Assembly: GCA_963815215.1 (NCBI GenBank)
Contig: CAWFFU010000008.1
Location: 160,001 to 224,000, forward strand
Source of the DNA: an uncultured Trueperaceae bacterium
GTDB taxonomy: Bacteria > Deinococcota > Deinococci > Deinococcales > Trueperaceae
Length of the DNA: 64,000 nt
Direction: 5' to 3'
The notes under the pieces were generated by a model that made no database searches, was not told the DNA's origin, and saw only the letters and a list, made by a program, of their open reading frames with translations. Shown in pieces: positions 28,507 to 38,644 of the stretch (position 1 is the stretch's first letter; each line of letters starts with the position of its first letter). The position numbers were made by a program, and so were the translations under genes.

Positions 28507-28759
28507 CGCCACCACCCTCCCCGTGCGGTGCCCGCTACCAGCTCAACCGCGCGAGCGCTGTCCATGTCCGACCAGTGTAGCGTCCGGCAGGGCCGCACAC
28601 GACGGCGCAGACCGACGCACGCGGGGCCGGTGGGCGACTTCGGTAGCGGAGCGACGCGACCGCCGCGGATCGTGGGGCAGCATGGGGACGGGTCGGCGGC
28701 CATGCCCGAGTCCACCGGGAGACCGCCGGCGCCCGCGAGGTTGCGGCGAAGGGAGCAGC

Positions 28760-29254
28760 ATGGGAGACACGGTCATGCAGGAGAGCGTCATCCGCGAGCA
28801 GCTCGAGGCCCTGGTGCGCGGGGAGGGCGCGCACGTGAGCGTCGACAGCGCACTGGAGGGTCTCCCCGAAGCGTTGCGCGGCCGGGTGCCCGCCGGCCTG
28901 CCCCACAGCGCCTGGCAGCTCCTGGAGCACATGCGCATCGCCCAGGAGGACCTTCTGCAGTACGCGCTCGACCCCGACTGGACATCGCCGACCTGGCCCG
29001 AAGGCTACTGGCCGCGCGACCCGGAGCCGGCGTCGAACGGGGCCTGGGAGCAGAGCGTGAGCGCCCTCCGGAGCGACCGCGAACTGGCGCTTACGCTGGT
29101 GCGCGAGGCCGGACGGGACCTGACCGCTCCCCTGGCGCACACGCCGGGGCACACGCTGCTCCGCCAGCTCATGCTGCTGGCCGACCACAACGCCTACCAC
29201 GGCGCCCAGCTCGTGGACGTCCGGCGTGCGCTCGGGGCGTGGCCGCCCGCCTGA
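28760..29254 (+). CDS. DinB family protein
   Basis: AH, HSAWQLLEH, WPEGYWP, DHNAYH..Q. Confidence 0.88.
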   Translation: MGDTVMQESVIREQLEALVRGEGAHVSVDSALEGLPEALRGRVPAGLPHSAWQLLEHMRIAQEDLLQYALDPDWTSPTWPEGYWPRDPEPASNGAWEQSVSALRSDRELALTLVREAGRDLTAPLAHTPGHTLLRQLMLLADHNAYHGAQLVDVRRALGAWPPA

Positions 29255-29310
29255 CCCGAACTGCCAGATCCGTTCAGCCGGATCCGTTCCGCCGGAACCA
29301 ACCCGCCGGA

Positions 29311-30999
29311 TCAGACCTGGAAGACCCCCAGCCGCAGCGGCGGCGGCTCGCTGTCCAGGGCGCACGCCTCCAGCGCCCGGATGAGCCGGTCGCGGAGCTC
29401 GAGTGGCGTCACGACCTCGTCGACCCACAGCCGGGAGGCCCCGTAGCGGATGTCGAGGGCGTGCTCGTAGCCTGCGCGCACACGCTCGTAGAGCTCGGCC
29501 AGGGTGTCCTCGTCCGCGCCGGCGCCCGAGCGCGCGAGTTGCGCCGCCTGGATGTCCAGGATGGTCTTCGCCGCCTGCTGGCCGCCCATGACGGCGTAGC
29601 GGGCGCTCGGTAGCGCGAACAGGAAGCGCGGTGCGTAGGCCTTGCCGCTCATGGCGTAGTGACCGGCGCCGTAGGAGCCCCCGAGGATGACGCTGAGACG
29701 CGGCACGACGCTGTTGCTCACCGCGTTGACCAGCTTGGCTCCGCGCCGGATGATGCCGTCCTGCTCGCTGTCGACGCCCACCATGAAACCGTTGACGTCG
29801 TGCACGAAGAGGATGGGGACACCCGCCTGGTTGCAGTTGAGCACGAAGCGCGCCGCCTTGTCGGCGGCCTCGGCGTAGATGACCCCGCCCACCTCGAGGC
29901 GGCCGCGGTTCTTCACCACTCGCTTCTGGTTCGCCACGATCCCGACCGGGAAGCCGCCCAGACGTGCGGTGCCGCACACCAGGGTGCGGCCGTAGCCTGC
30001 CTTGTACTCGTCGAACTCGGAGCCGTCGACGAGACGGGCGAGGATCTCGCGGGCCTCGTAGGGCTGGCTGCCGCCGTCGACCGGCAGCAGGCCCTCCAGG
30101 TCCTCGGCCTTCTCGACCGGATCGACGCTCCCTCTGCGGTCGCGCGCCCAGGCGGCCTCCGGGCGCGGCGCGTAACCGGCGGCGAGGCGCCGCAGACGCT
30201 CCAGGGCGTGCGCGTCGTCGGGTTCCAGGTAGTCCACCGTGCCCGACACCTCGGCGTGCATCACCGCGCCGCCCAGATCCTCGCTCGACACCGTCTGGCC
30301 GATGGCCGCCTTCACCAGCGCGGGCCCTGCCAGGTACAACCCGGAGCCCTCGGTCATGACCAGCGTGTCGCACATGACCGGCAGATAGGCGCCGCCCGCC
30401 ACGCAGTTGCCCATGATCGCCGCCATCTGCGGGATCCCCAGGGCGCTCATGCGCGCGTTGAGGTAGAAGACCCGCCCGAAGTCGTCCTGGTCGGGGAAGA
30501 TCTCGTCCTGCATGGGAAGGTAGACCCCGGCGGAGTCCACCAGATAGACGGTCGGGAGATGGTTCTCGAGCGCGATCGTCTGCGCCCGTATCACCTTCTT
30601 GGCGGTGATCGGGAAGAATGCGCCGGCCTTCACGGTAGCGTCGTTGGCGATGACCATCCAGGGGCGTCCGCCGATGCGGCCGATGCCGGTCACTACGCCT
30701 CCGGCCGGAGCGCCGCCCTCGTCCGTGTACATCTCCCAGCCCGCGAAGCTCATGAGCTCGTCGAACGGCGTTCCCCCGTCGAGCAGCTTCGTCACACGCT
30801 CGCGCGCGGTCAGGCGGCCCTTGTCGTGCTGGCGCTTGCGCGCCTTCCTCCCACCGCCCTCGGCGACCGTTGCGCGCTGCTCGAGCAACGTCGTGTTCGC
30901 CTCCCGCCAGTCCTTGCGGTTGGTCCGGTAGGGGGCCCTACGCCGCTCCTCCAGCGTCACCTTCGTGGCGATGCGGTGGGCCGAGCGCCGAACGGGCAC
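29311..30999 (-). CDS. Acyl-CoA carboxylase beta subunit (methylcrotonyl-CoA carboxylase-like)
   Basis: GRLTARER, ANDATVKAG, DSAGVYLP.QDEIF, CVAGGAY, GSYGAG, VMGG; start approximate. Confidence 0.9.
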   Translation of the reverse strand: MPVRRSAHRIATKVTLEERRRAPYRTNRKDWREANTTLLEQRATVAEGGGRKARKRQHDKGRLTARERVTKLLDGGTPFDELMSFAGWEMYTDEGGAPAGGVVTGIGRIGGRPWMVIANDATVKAGAFFPITAKKVIRAQTIALENHLPTVYLVDSAGVYLPMQDEIFPDQDDFGRVFYLNARMSALGIPQMAAIMGNCVAGGAYLPVMCDTLVMTEGSGLYLAGPALVKAAIGQTVSSEDLGGAVMHAEVSGTVDYLEPDDAHALERLRRLAAGYAPRPEAAWARDRRGSVDPVEKAEDLEGLLPVDGGSQPYEAREILARLVDGSEFDEYKAGYGRTLVCGTARLGGFPVGIVANQKRVVKNRGRLEVGGVIYAEAADKAARFVLNCNQAGVPILFVHDVNGFMVGVDSEQDGIIRRGAKLVNAVSNSVVPRLSVILGGSYGAGHYAMSGKAYAPRFLFALPSARYAVMGGQQAAKTILDIQAAQLARSGAGADEDTLAELYERVRAGYEHALDIRYGASRLWVDEVVTPLELRDRLIRALEACALDSEPPPLRLGVFQV

Positions 31000-31000
31000 G

Positions 31001-31309
31001 CTAGCGGGCGTGGGTCGCCAGGACCACCAGCAGGCCGCCGCCCGCGTTCTCCAGGTGGTGGCGAGTTCCAGCGGGCACACTGACGAGCTTGCCGGTGCCG
31101 ACCCGGTCGCTGCCACCGTCGCGACGCAGGAGCACCTCACCCTCCAGGACCTGGTAGAGGCAGTTGGTGCCGAAGCTGTGGTCCTCGTCGCGCTGGCCGG
31201 CTTCGAAGCAATGCAGCTTCACGCTGAGGTCTCCTTCGGCTACCAGCTCCCGACTCTGGACGGTTTCGAGCGAGAAGCTGCGGGCTTCGGCGATGCTCAC
31301 GATGTTCAC
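31001..31309 (-). CDS. Cupin domain protein
   Basis: FEAGQ, YQVLEGE, VPAG..H.L.N; GGAGG RBS before GTG. Confidence 0.82.
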   Translation of the reverse strand: MNIVSIAEARSFSLETVQSRELVAEGDLSVKLHCFEAGQRDEDHSFGTNCLYQVLEGEVLLRRDGGSDRVGTGKLVSVPAGTRHHLENAGGGLLVVLATHAR

Positions 31310-31397
31310 GGTGCTAGACCTCCCTTGGGTCCCTGCGCCCGGCCCGCGCCCCCTGCGGTGCCGGAGTTGCGCCCTGATCGACGACCATTGTGCGATT

Positions 31398-31603
31398 TGT
31401 GGATAACCGATGCAATCTGTGGATAACTCGGGTCCCTTGACAAAGCCCTGACCTATGGGGTAGGTGCGTCGGCCGCGCACACGAGCGAGGAAACGACGTC
31501 CTGGACGAGTCTTCAAGCATCCTAGAAGGCGCCATCGCGGTCTGCGACGCACTCCCGGCACTTCTCCACATGCCTGTGGAGAACTCCGGCCGCCTGTGGA
31601 AAA
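31398..31603. promoter_or_regulatory. Cluster of five DnaA boxes
   Basis: TGTGGATAA at 31398 and 31418 (perfect); TTCTCCACA 31562, TGTGGAGAA 31575, TGTGGAAAA 31595 (one mismatch each). Confidence 0.78.
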
Positions 31604-31612
31604 GGCATGCCG

Positions 31613-32227
31613 TCACGCTTCCCGCACGGCTCGAACGAAGGCCTGGACGCGCTCGGCATCCTTGATGCCGGGCTCCGACTCGACGCCCGAAGCCACATCG
31701 ACGGCGTACGGTCGCAGCGCCCGGACCCCGGCAGCCACCGTCATCGGGTCGAGGCCGCCGGCGAGCACCAGCCGAGGATGGCTCCGCCAGGCTTCCGCAT
31801 CGGACCATGCGAACGGCCGTCCCGAACCCGGCGTGGGCGCGTCGAGCAGGAAGGCGTCGGCCGGGTAGGCGTCCATCGAAGCCGGCGTGAGGCCGGGCTC
31901 GAACGGCATCGCCCGGACGACCATCACCTCACCCCGCAACGCCGCGGCGTAGGCGGCAGACTCGTTGCCGTGGAGCTGCACCGCCCCCAACTTGAGCCGC
32001 TTCACGGCCGCGCGCACCTCGTCCAACGGAGCGTCCACGAACACCCCGACGCGCGTGACGAAGGGGCCGAGATGGGCCACGATGCCGGCCGCGGCCCTGA
32101 GATCGACCCGACGCCTGGAGCGCTCGGCGAAGATCATCCCGATGGCGTCGGCGCCCGCCCGCTCCGCCACCAGCGCGTCCTCAGCCCGCGTGATGCCGCA
32201 GATCTTGACACGCACGCGCCCGTCCAT
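31613..32227 (-). CDS. trpF: Phosphoribosylanthranilate isomerase
   Basis: VKICGIT, GVFVD, QLHG.E, LAGGL, VDVASGVE..PGIKD. Confidence 0.94.
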   Translation of the reverse strand: MDGRVRVKICGITRAEDALVAERAGADAIGMIFAERSRRRVDLRAAAGIVAHLGPFVTRVGVFVDAPLDEVRAAVKRLKLGAVQLHGNESAAYAAALRGEVMVVRAMPFEPGLTPASMDAYPADAFLLDAPTPGSGRPFAWSDAEAWRSHPRLVLAGGLDPMTVAAGVRALRPYAVDVASGVESEPGIKDAERVQAFVRAVREA

Positions 32228-32253
32228 GGCTCCATTATGGCCGGGCCCGACCA

Positions 32254-33768
32254 TCACGCCTGCTCGTATCCGGCGACCACCTCGATGCTCACCCCGAGCG
32301 ACGAGGCCATCAGGTCGGATCGAGCGGCGGCCTCCCGCACCTCGATCTCAGCGTCGCCGTCGGCGAACGCCTCGATCTGCAGGTAGCCGTCGCCGAGGTG
32401 GCACCGCACATCGCGCACGCGCTGGGCCTTGCTGCGCTCCAGGTACTCCGCCAGGCGCAGCATGCCGGCCAGCCGAGCGAGCACGCCCAGATCACCGTCC
32501 TCCAGCACCGCGCCGTAACCCTGATCGCCCGGGGAGCCGCGGCGGTGGTAGCGCACCAGCAGAGCGACCAGCACCTGCTCGCGGTGGCTGTAGCCCGGCA
32601 TGGCGCGGCCCATCACCAAGTACATACCGTGCTTGTGGTGCGCGTAGTAGTCGACGGCCATACCGATGTCGTGCACCAACGCGGCAGCCGCGAGCAGCGA
32701 CCGCTCCCATGCACCCATGGCGTGCACGGACGCCAGCTGATCGAACAGCTGCAACGCCAGGTGGCGCACGTGCAGATTGTGCGGAGAGTTGTCGTAGTAC
32801 TCCCGCATCAGGTTGAGGGCGCTGAACTCCCGCACGTCGGGCGAGAGGTGATCGCCGTCCGGGAAGAGGAAGGGGTAGAACAGCCCCTCGCGCAACCCCT
32901 GCCCGCTGATGAGGACCTCATCGGCCTCCAGCGCGGCCAGCGTCTCGGCGATGACCACGCCGCCGGCTACGATGATGTCGGCCCGGTCACGGTTGAGGCC
33001 CTTGACGTCGCGACGCCGCTGCAGCGGCCGCTGCGCCAGGTCCTCCACGGCCTCCTCGAGCGCTTCGCGCCGCAGACGGTACCCGTGCAGCAGGTCGGGC
33101 CGGTAGCCCGTGCGCGCCTGCACGACGTTGGCGAGGTTGCGAAGCGTTCCGCCCATGCCCACCACCGGCAGGCCCAGAGGCAACTCGGCGATCCGCGGCG
33201 CCAGCAGCGCACGCGCGTGCTGGCGCAACGCCTTGAGCTCACGACTCCTGGGGGGATCGCTGCTGAGGAAGGCCTCGGTGGTGCGCACCGCTCCCAGCGG
33301 CAGGGAGCCTCCCTGCTCGAAGTGGCGCTCGCGCAGGCGACTGAGCTGCATGCTCCCGCCCCCGAGATCGAACACGACCGCCTCCCGGACGTCGAGGCTA
33401 TTGGCGACCGCGAGGGCACCGTAGGCCGCCTCCTGCTCCCCGGTGAGGACCTCGATGTCGACCCCGGCACGCTGCCGCGCCGCCTCCACGAACGCCTCAC
33501 CGTTGACCGCCGCGCGCACCGCACTGGTGGCGCTCGCCCGCAGGTCGTCGATGCCGACCGCATCGCAGTAGCTGCGGAAGGTCCGGAGCGCCTGCAGTCC
33601 GCGTTCGAAGGGCTCGGCCCGAAGGATGCGGGAGGTGCCCATACCCTCGGAGAGGCGCACCACCTCCCTCAGCTCGTCCAGCAGCTGGAAGCGGTAGCCG
33701 GGTCGGTACAGCATCACCACCAGGCGGGCGGTGTTGCTGCCGAGGTCGATGATGCCGACGCTACGCAC
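32254..33768 (-). CDS. ppx: Ppx/GppA exopolyphosphatase with HD domain
   Basis: IDLGSN, ATSAVR, GEQEA, DLGGGS, GLREG, HDIG. Confidence 0.92.
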   Translation of the reverse strand: MRSVGIIDLGSNTARLVVMLYRPGYRFQLLDELREVVRLSEGMGTSRILRAEPFERGLQALRTFRSYCDAVGIDDLRASATSAVRAAVNGEAFVEAARQRAGVDIEVLTGEQEAAYGALAVANSLDVREAVVFDLGGGSMQLSRLRERHFEQGGSLPLGAVRTTEAFLSSDPPRSRELKALRQHARALLAPRIAELPLGLPVVGMGGTLRNLANVVQARTGYRPDLLHGYRLRREALEEAVEDLAQRPLQRRRDVKGLNRDRADIIVAGGVVIAETLAALEADEVLISGQGLREGLFYPFLFPDGDHLSPDVREFSALNLMREYYDNSPHNLHVRHLALQLFDQLASVHAMGAWERSLLAAAALVHDIGMAVDYYAHHKHGMYLVMGRAMPGYSHREQVLVALLVRYHRRGSPGDQGYGAVLEDGDLGVLARLAGMLRLAEYLERSKAQRVRDVRCHLGDGYLQIEAFADGDAEIEVREAAARSDLMASSLGVSIEVVAGYEQA

Positions 33769-33816
33769 GAGGGCAGTATGGCACGCTGTGGGAGCCGCCT
33801 CCGGCGTCCCCGCGCC

Positions 33817-34185
33817 TCATCCGATCACGTCGCGGAGGTGTTCGAGTCGGGCATCGCGCTCGTCCCCGAGCACCACAACGGCATCGAAGCGGACGGCGGC
33901 GTCCGGGTCGCCCAGGCGCAGCGCCAGGTAGTGGCGCGCCGTGCGCTGCCAGCGCGCGAGCTTGCGCCGGTCGAGGGTCTCGGCGGGGTGCCCGAAGCGC
34001 GCGTCGCGGCGCTGACGGACCTCGACGAACACCACCGTGCCGCCGTCCCGGGCGATCACGTCGATCTCCCCTCCCCGAACGGCGTAGTTGGTCTCCAGCA
34101 CGACCCAGCCCAGAGCCTCGAGATGACGTCGGGCGAGGCCCTCCGCCCAATGCCGCCGAGAGGCGTCCATCGGCGTCACGGGCAA
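33817..34185 (-). CDS. yraN: YraN (UPF0102) family protein
   Basis: AE..A...L...G, N, GEID.IA, FVEVR, RFD; start may be 34170. Confidence 0.88.
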   Translation of the reverse strand: MPVTPMDASRRHWAEGLARRHLEALGWVVLETNYAVRGGEIDVIARDGGTVVFVEVRQRRDARFGHPAETLDRRKLARWQRTARHYLALRLGDPDAAVRFDAVVVLGDERDARLEHLRDVIG

Positions 34186-34187
34186 GC

Positions 34188-34574
34188 TCAGGCGGGGGTG
34201 ACCTGCACCCGCCGCGCGTCGGCCCAGAGTCCCTCGATGTCGTAGAAGGAACGCGCTTCGGGGCTCATGATATGGGCGACGATGCCGCCGAAGTCGAGCA
34301 GGACCCAGCGTTCGCTGGGTCCCTCCACGCCGCGCGGGGGGAAGCCATGCTGCTTGAGGCGCTCACGTACGGCGTCCTCCAACGCACGGAGTTGCAGGTG
34401 CGACTCCCCGGTGGCGACGATGAAGTAGTCGAGTGTGGCCGAGACCTCGGCGAGGTCCAGCACCACGATGTTCTTGGCACGTCTGTCGTCGAGCGCATCG
34501 ACGATGAGCTGTACCTCCTGCGGTACCGCGGGGCCCTGTTGCAACGTCCCTCCCTCGACGGCGCGCCCGGTCAC
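34188..34574 (-). CDS. rsfS: Ribosome silencing factor
   Basis: D.RA.NI..LD, DYFIVATG, WVLLDFG, R.FY.IEGLW. Confidence 0.93.
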   Translation of the reverse strand: MTGRAVEGGTLQQGPAVPQEVQLIVDALDDRRAKNIVVLDLAEVSATLDYFIVATGESHLQLRALEDAVRERLKQHGFPPRGVEGPSERWVLLDFGGIVAHIMSPEARSFYDIEGLWADARRVQVTPA

Positions 34575-35884
34575 CGGGCGCTCGCCGTCCGTGTCACGTC
34601 GACGCCCGTCGGCACCATGCTCGTGGCGTCGCTGCCGAGTACCAGCTCCAGATCCACGGTACGGCCTCGATAGGCGTCGAGATGGTCCACCTGCTGCTTG
34701 CTGGCGTGCAGCAGCGAAGCGTAATACTCGGCGTCCTTCCAGCCGGGCAACGTCGCCAGCAGCCGGCTCGGCGTCGGGTCGATGGTGCCCTCTTCGCGTA
34801 CCAGGATATCCTTCGCAGGCACCCCCATCGCCTCCAGCTGCTTCTGGAACCAGCTGCCGAGTTCGGGTGTGCCGCTGCGGTTGGTGATCAGCAGCGTCGC
34901 GTTCGGCACCTGGCTGAACGCGCGCGGCGTGCCGCCGAAGGTGTTGGCCAGGAAGTGGTTGACGTCCTGCGGGTCGACCTTGAGCACGGTGCCCACGCCT
35001 GCGACCTGGATCTCGTCGGTAGGCAGGGTCGCGGTGTCCTTGAGCTGCAGGCTGCCCACGCGCGACGCGAGCTGCCGCGCCAGCGCAGGACTTGCGTTGG
35101 TCTGCACGTCCTGGAAGAAGGTGTCGACCAGGCCCGGCACCTTGGTGACCGCCCCCACGTTCAGCTCCTTCACCTTCGCCATCAGGGCGTAGGCCAGACG
35201 CTTGACGTTGTCCAGACGGTCGATGTCGCCACGCAAGGTGTGACGGTAGCGCACGAAGTCGGCCGCCTGCTGACCATCGATGTGCTGTGGGCCGGCGGCG
35301 AAGTGGATGTGCAGGTTGCCGACGTTGTCGTCGTAGTTCATGGCGTAGGGCACGTTGATGTTCACCCCGCCCAGGGCATCGACCAGGTGCTTGAAGATGT
35401 CGAGCTTGATGATGGCGTAGTAATCCACCGGCACCCCGAGGATCGCCGACACCCGGCGCCGCAACGCGTCGGGCCCATCGCGGGCGAACACGCCGTTGAT
35501 GCGGTAGCCGGCATCGGCCAGCCAGATGTCGCGCGGTAGCGCGATCATGGTGATGGCGTCGCCGGTGATGTCGACGTAGAGGATCGTGTCGGTGTTGATG
35601 CCGGCGGTGTTACGTGTGCCCTTGTAGTTCCACCCCACGATGGCGCCGCCCTTGCCGTAGATGGGGTCGGCCTCCGCCTTGGAATAGAAGATGTCGCGAC
35701 CGGCGACCACGAAGCTGACGTGGAAGGTGTTGCCCTTGATCCCCAGGAGCTGGCGCTGCTCGCGGCTCAAGGGCGAACGATGTACGTCGCGAGTGAGCCA
35801 GTAGCCCGCCAGCCCCGCCAGAGCGAGGAGCACGCCGGCCAGCGTGAGGATGCGCGCGTTACGGACGGTGAGCAATCTGCTCAT
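34571..35884 (-). CDS. LytR-CpsA-Psr family protein with LytR C-terminal domain
   Basis: N-terminal TM, TDTI, LPRD, LVDALGGV, FVRYR...GDI.R, ELVLG.D. Confidence 0.88.
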   Translation of the reverse strand: MSRLLTVRNARILTLAGVLLALAGLAGYWLTRDVHRSPLSREQRQLLGIKGNTFHVSFVVAGRDIFYSKAEADPIYGKGGAIVGWNYKGTRNTAGINTDTILYVDITGDAITMIALPRDIWLADAGYRINGVFARDGPDALRRRVSAILGVPVDYYAIIKLDIFKHLVDALGGVNINVPYAMNYDDNVGNLHIHFAAGPQHIDGQQAADFVRYRHTLRGDIDRLDNVKRLAYALMAKVKELNVGAVTKVPGLVDTFFQDVQTNASPALARQLASRVGSLQLKDTATLPTDEIQVAGVGTVLKVDPQDVNHFLANTFGGTPRAFSQVPNATLLITNRSGTPELGSWFQKQLEAMGVPAKDILVREEGTIDPTPSRLLATLPGWKDAEYYASLLHASKQQVDHLDAYRGRTVDLELVLGSDATSMVPTGVDVTRTASAR

Positions 35885-36455
35885 ACACCCTCAGGGTGGC
35901 GGGGTGGACGGTCTTCCCCTGGGAACGGAGGTAGCGCACCTTCGACTCCACGGCGCGCCGGTAGGCCGCGCCGAGATCGTTCAGTGCCAGCGCCCGGATG
36001 TCGTCGTTGACGCCGCGGCCCGGCTCGCATACGTCGGCGATGTAGACCGCGATGCCCACACGGTTGTCCGGAGCCACTCCGAAGACGTGGCCCTCGACCG
36101 CATCCAGCACGTCCCGCTGGCGCACGCCCCAGCGCTCGGCGATGACGCGCGCGGCGCGTCCGTGTACCGACAGGGGGTGCCGTTCCTCGGTGACGTCCTG
36201 CGGGGGTGCCAGCTCGAACAACTCCCCGGCCGAAAGGTCCCGGGCGACGTCGTGCAGAACGGCCGCGAGACAGACCGCATCGGTCTCGACAGGCGTGAAG
36301 CGGTTGGCCTTGGCGATCGCTTCGGCCAGCCCCGCCACACGTCGGATGTGCTGGAAGCGCTCCGCGGTCACCATCTCCTTCACCCGAGCGCAGTACGCAT
36401 CGAGGCCGGGACGGCTGCAGAGGTCGGTTTCGGGCAGCTGATTGGGGTCGGCCAT
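35859..36455 (-). CDS. yqeK: HD-domain Ap4A hydrolase
   Basis: RFQH..RV, LHDVAR, HG, H, YIAD..EPGR. Confidence 0.85.
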   Translation of the reverse strand: MADPNQLPETDLCSRPGLDAYCARVKEMVTAERFQHIRRVAGLAEAIAKANRFTPVETDAVCLAAVLHDVARDLSAGELFELAPPQDVTEERHPLSVHGRAARVIAERWGVRQRDVLDAVEGHVFGVAPDNRVGIAVYIADVCEPGRGVNDDIRALALNDLGAAYRRAVESKVRYLRSQGKTVHPATLRVYEQIAHRP

Positions 36456-36619
36456 CGTTCCTCGGTTCGTCGCCGGGACGGCCGTGGGCACGCGAGCGCA
36501 CCCGGCTCCCCCGACCGCCGCGTGGCGGCACCGACCATTCAACCACATCGAGGTGAGAGCGTCCGGTCGGCCGGCCGACCGGACCGCCGGGGCCCGGGCA
36601 CGCACGTGACGGCCGCCCG

Positions 36620-37921
36620 TCACGCGTCTGCGTCGGGCATGCCCTCCTCGCGCGTGCCCTCCTCGCGCTCCTCGGAGAAGTACTCGAACACGGCGGCGCC
36701 GATGCGGACATCGTCGCCGTCCCGGGCGCCCGACCGCTTCAGCAGGCGATCGATGCCGTAGGTCCGGAAGAAGCGCTGCAGGTAGCTCACCGCCTCGGCG
36801 TTGCCGGCATCGAAGCGGTCGACGAGCGCCTCGATCTCGCTGCCGCGAACCACCCAGCCCTCGCCGCTGGCGTCGCGCACGACCTCCAACGGCCGCACCA
36901 CCACGCGCCTCTCCGGGGCCTCGCGACCCACCGGTTCCGGGCGCTCGGGAAGGATCGCGAAGAGCGCCTCGACGAGGTCGGGTAGACCCTCGCCCTCGAG
37001 CGCCGAAGCGCTCACCACCGGCAACCCGGCCGCGGTCAAGATGCGCTCCGCCTCGCTCACCTCCTCAGGCGACGCCAGATCGATCTTGTTGACGACCAGC
37101 AGCGCCGGTCGCTCCAGGAGCCCGGGGTCGAAGCTCTGCAGCTCGCGCCGCAGCGCCGCCAGTGTGGGCTCGGGGTCGGCCGCGATGTCGAGCACGAACA
37201 CGAGCAACCGGGTGCGCGAGATGTGACGCAGGAAGTCCAGCCCCAGCCCGCGTCCGAGGTGGGCGTCCTCGATGATGCCGGGGATATCGGCGATGGTGAA
37301 GCGCTCCATGTCCCGCTCGACCACACCGAGGTTGGGGCTCAACGTGGTGAAGGGGTACTCGGCGATGACCGGCCTGGCGTTCGACAGGGCGGCCAACAGG
37401 CTGGACTTGCCGGCGTTGGGGTAGCCCACCAGCCCGACGTCAGCGATGGTCATGAGCTCCAGGCGCAGTCGCCGCCGCTCGCCCTGGGTGCCGTACTCGG
37501 CGAAGCGCGGCGCCTGGCGCTGGGACCCGGCGAACGAAGCGTTGCCGCGGCCTCCGTCGCCACCCTGCGCCACTCGGACCGTCTGACCGACGGTCAGGAG
37601 ATCGGCGACCAGCTCACCGCTGTCGAGGTCGATCGCGGTGGTGCCGACCGGGACGTCGAGCACCAGATCCTGGCCACCGGAGCCCGAGCGATTGCGGCCC
37701 TCGCCCTGCTGACCTGTTCCCGCCCGGTAACGTTGACGTGGCACCAGGCGGTCGAGCGAACCTACGTCATCGACCGCCCGAAGGAAGACGCTCCCGCCGG
37801 CGCCGCCGTGGCCGCCGTCTGGACCCCCCTTGGGGATGTACTTGAGGCGCAGGAAGGAGAGGCCGCCGTCGCCGCCCTTGCCGCCCTCCACCGTGATGTC
37901 GAGAACGTCCCGAAAGGGCAT
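36620..37921 (-). CDS. obgE: GTPase Obg
   Basis: [33 protein letters not shown]. Confidence 0.96.
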   Translation of the reverse strand: MPFRDVLDITVEGGKGGDGGLSFLRLKYIPKGGPDGGHGGAGGSVFLRAVDDVGSLDRLVPRQRYRAGTGQQGEGRNRSGSGGQDLVLDVPVGTTAIDLDSGELVADLLTVGQTVRVAQGGDGGRGNASFAGSQRQAPRFAEYGTQGERRRLRLELMTIADVGLVGYPNAGKSSLLAALSNARPVIAEYPFTTLSPNLGVVERDMERFTIADIPGIIEDAHLGRGLGLDFLRHISRTRLLVFVLDIAADPEPTLAALRRELQSFDPGLLERPALLVVNKIDLASPEEVSEAERILTAAGLPVVSASALEGEGLPDLVEALFAILPERPEPVGREAPERRVVVRPLEVVRDASGEGWVVRGSEIEALVDRFDAGNAEAVSYLQRFFRTYGIDRLLKRSGARDGDDVRIGAAVFEYFSEEREEGTREEGMPDADA

Positions 37922-37947
37922 CGCTCACTCCCGTAGGCCCCTGAAAG

Positions 37948-37976
37948 GTGGGCGCGGCCATGCTGGCCGCGCCCAC
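37948..37976 (-). terminator. Hairpin between rpmA and obgE (probably a leaky terminator)
   Basis: 13-bp stem GTGGGCGCGGCCA/TGGCCGCGCCCAC followed by a short CTTT on the minus strand. Confidence 0.65.
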
Positions 37977-38015
37977 GCACCATTCGTGCTTGTACCGCCG
38001 GACCGACGGGGTCGT

Positions 38016-38315
38016 TCAGTCCGCCGGGATCGCCTCGTCCGAGCCGGCCTCGGCACCAACCGGGTCCGTCTCGATGCGGATGAAGCGCCCCTTGTGTCCC
38101 TTGTCGGCGAAGCGCACCACGCCGTCCTTGAGCGCGAAGAGGGTCCAGTCGGTACCGACGCCCACGTTCATCCCGGGCTTGAACTTGGCGCCGCGCTGAC
38201 GCACCAGGATGTTCCCGGCGCTGACGACCTGTCCGTCGAAGCGCTTGACGCCGAGCCGCTTCGACTGGCTGTCGCGACCGTTCTTGGAGCTGCCTACGCC
38301 TTTCTTGTGAGCCAT
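38016..38315 (-). CDS. rpmA: 50S ribosomal protein L27
   Basis: [30 protein letters not shown]. Confidence 0.98.
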   Translation of the reverse strand: MAHKKGVGSSKNGRDSQSKRLGVKRFDGQVVSAGNILVRQRGAKFKPGMNVGVGTDWTLFALKDGVVRFADKGHKGRFIRIETDPVGAEAGSDEAIPAD

Positions 38316-38338
38316 CTCGCTCTACTCCTTCGGTGTGC

Positions 38339-38644
38339 TCAGCCCTGGATCTTGGTGACCCGGACGTCGGTGTACGGCTGGCGGTGGCCGCGATGGCGGC
38401 GGTAGTTGTTCTTGGCCTTGAACTTGTAGATGTCGATCTTGGGGCCGCGCCCGTGGCCGATCACCTCGGCCTGGACCTTGGCGCCGTCGACGGTGGGCGT
38501 GCCGACCTTGACCTCGTCGCCACCGAGCAGGAGCACCGGAAGCTCCACCATCTCGCCGGCCTCGGCGGCCAGCTTCTCGACGCGTACCACATCACCTTCC
38601 GCGACGCGGTACTGCTTGCCGCCCGTTCTCACGATTGCGAACAT
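38339..38644 (-). CDS. rplU: 50S ribosomal protein L21
   Basis: MFAIV.TGGKQY.V..GD, GHRQPYT. Confidence 0.98.
   Translation of the reverse strand: MFAIVRTGGKQYRVAEGDVVRVEKLAAEAGEMVELPVLLLGGDEVKVGTPTVDGAKVQAEVIGHGRGPKIDIYKFKAKNNYRRHRGHRQPYTDVRVTKIQG

Noticed and set aside
31310..31612. Definitive oriC call
   Set aside because: No dnaA/dnaN neighbour and no visible AT-rich unwinding element; reported only as a DnaA-box cluster
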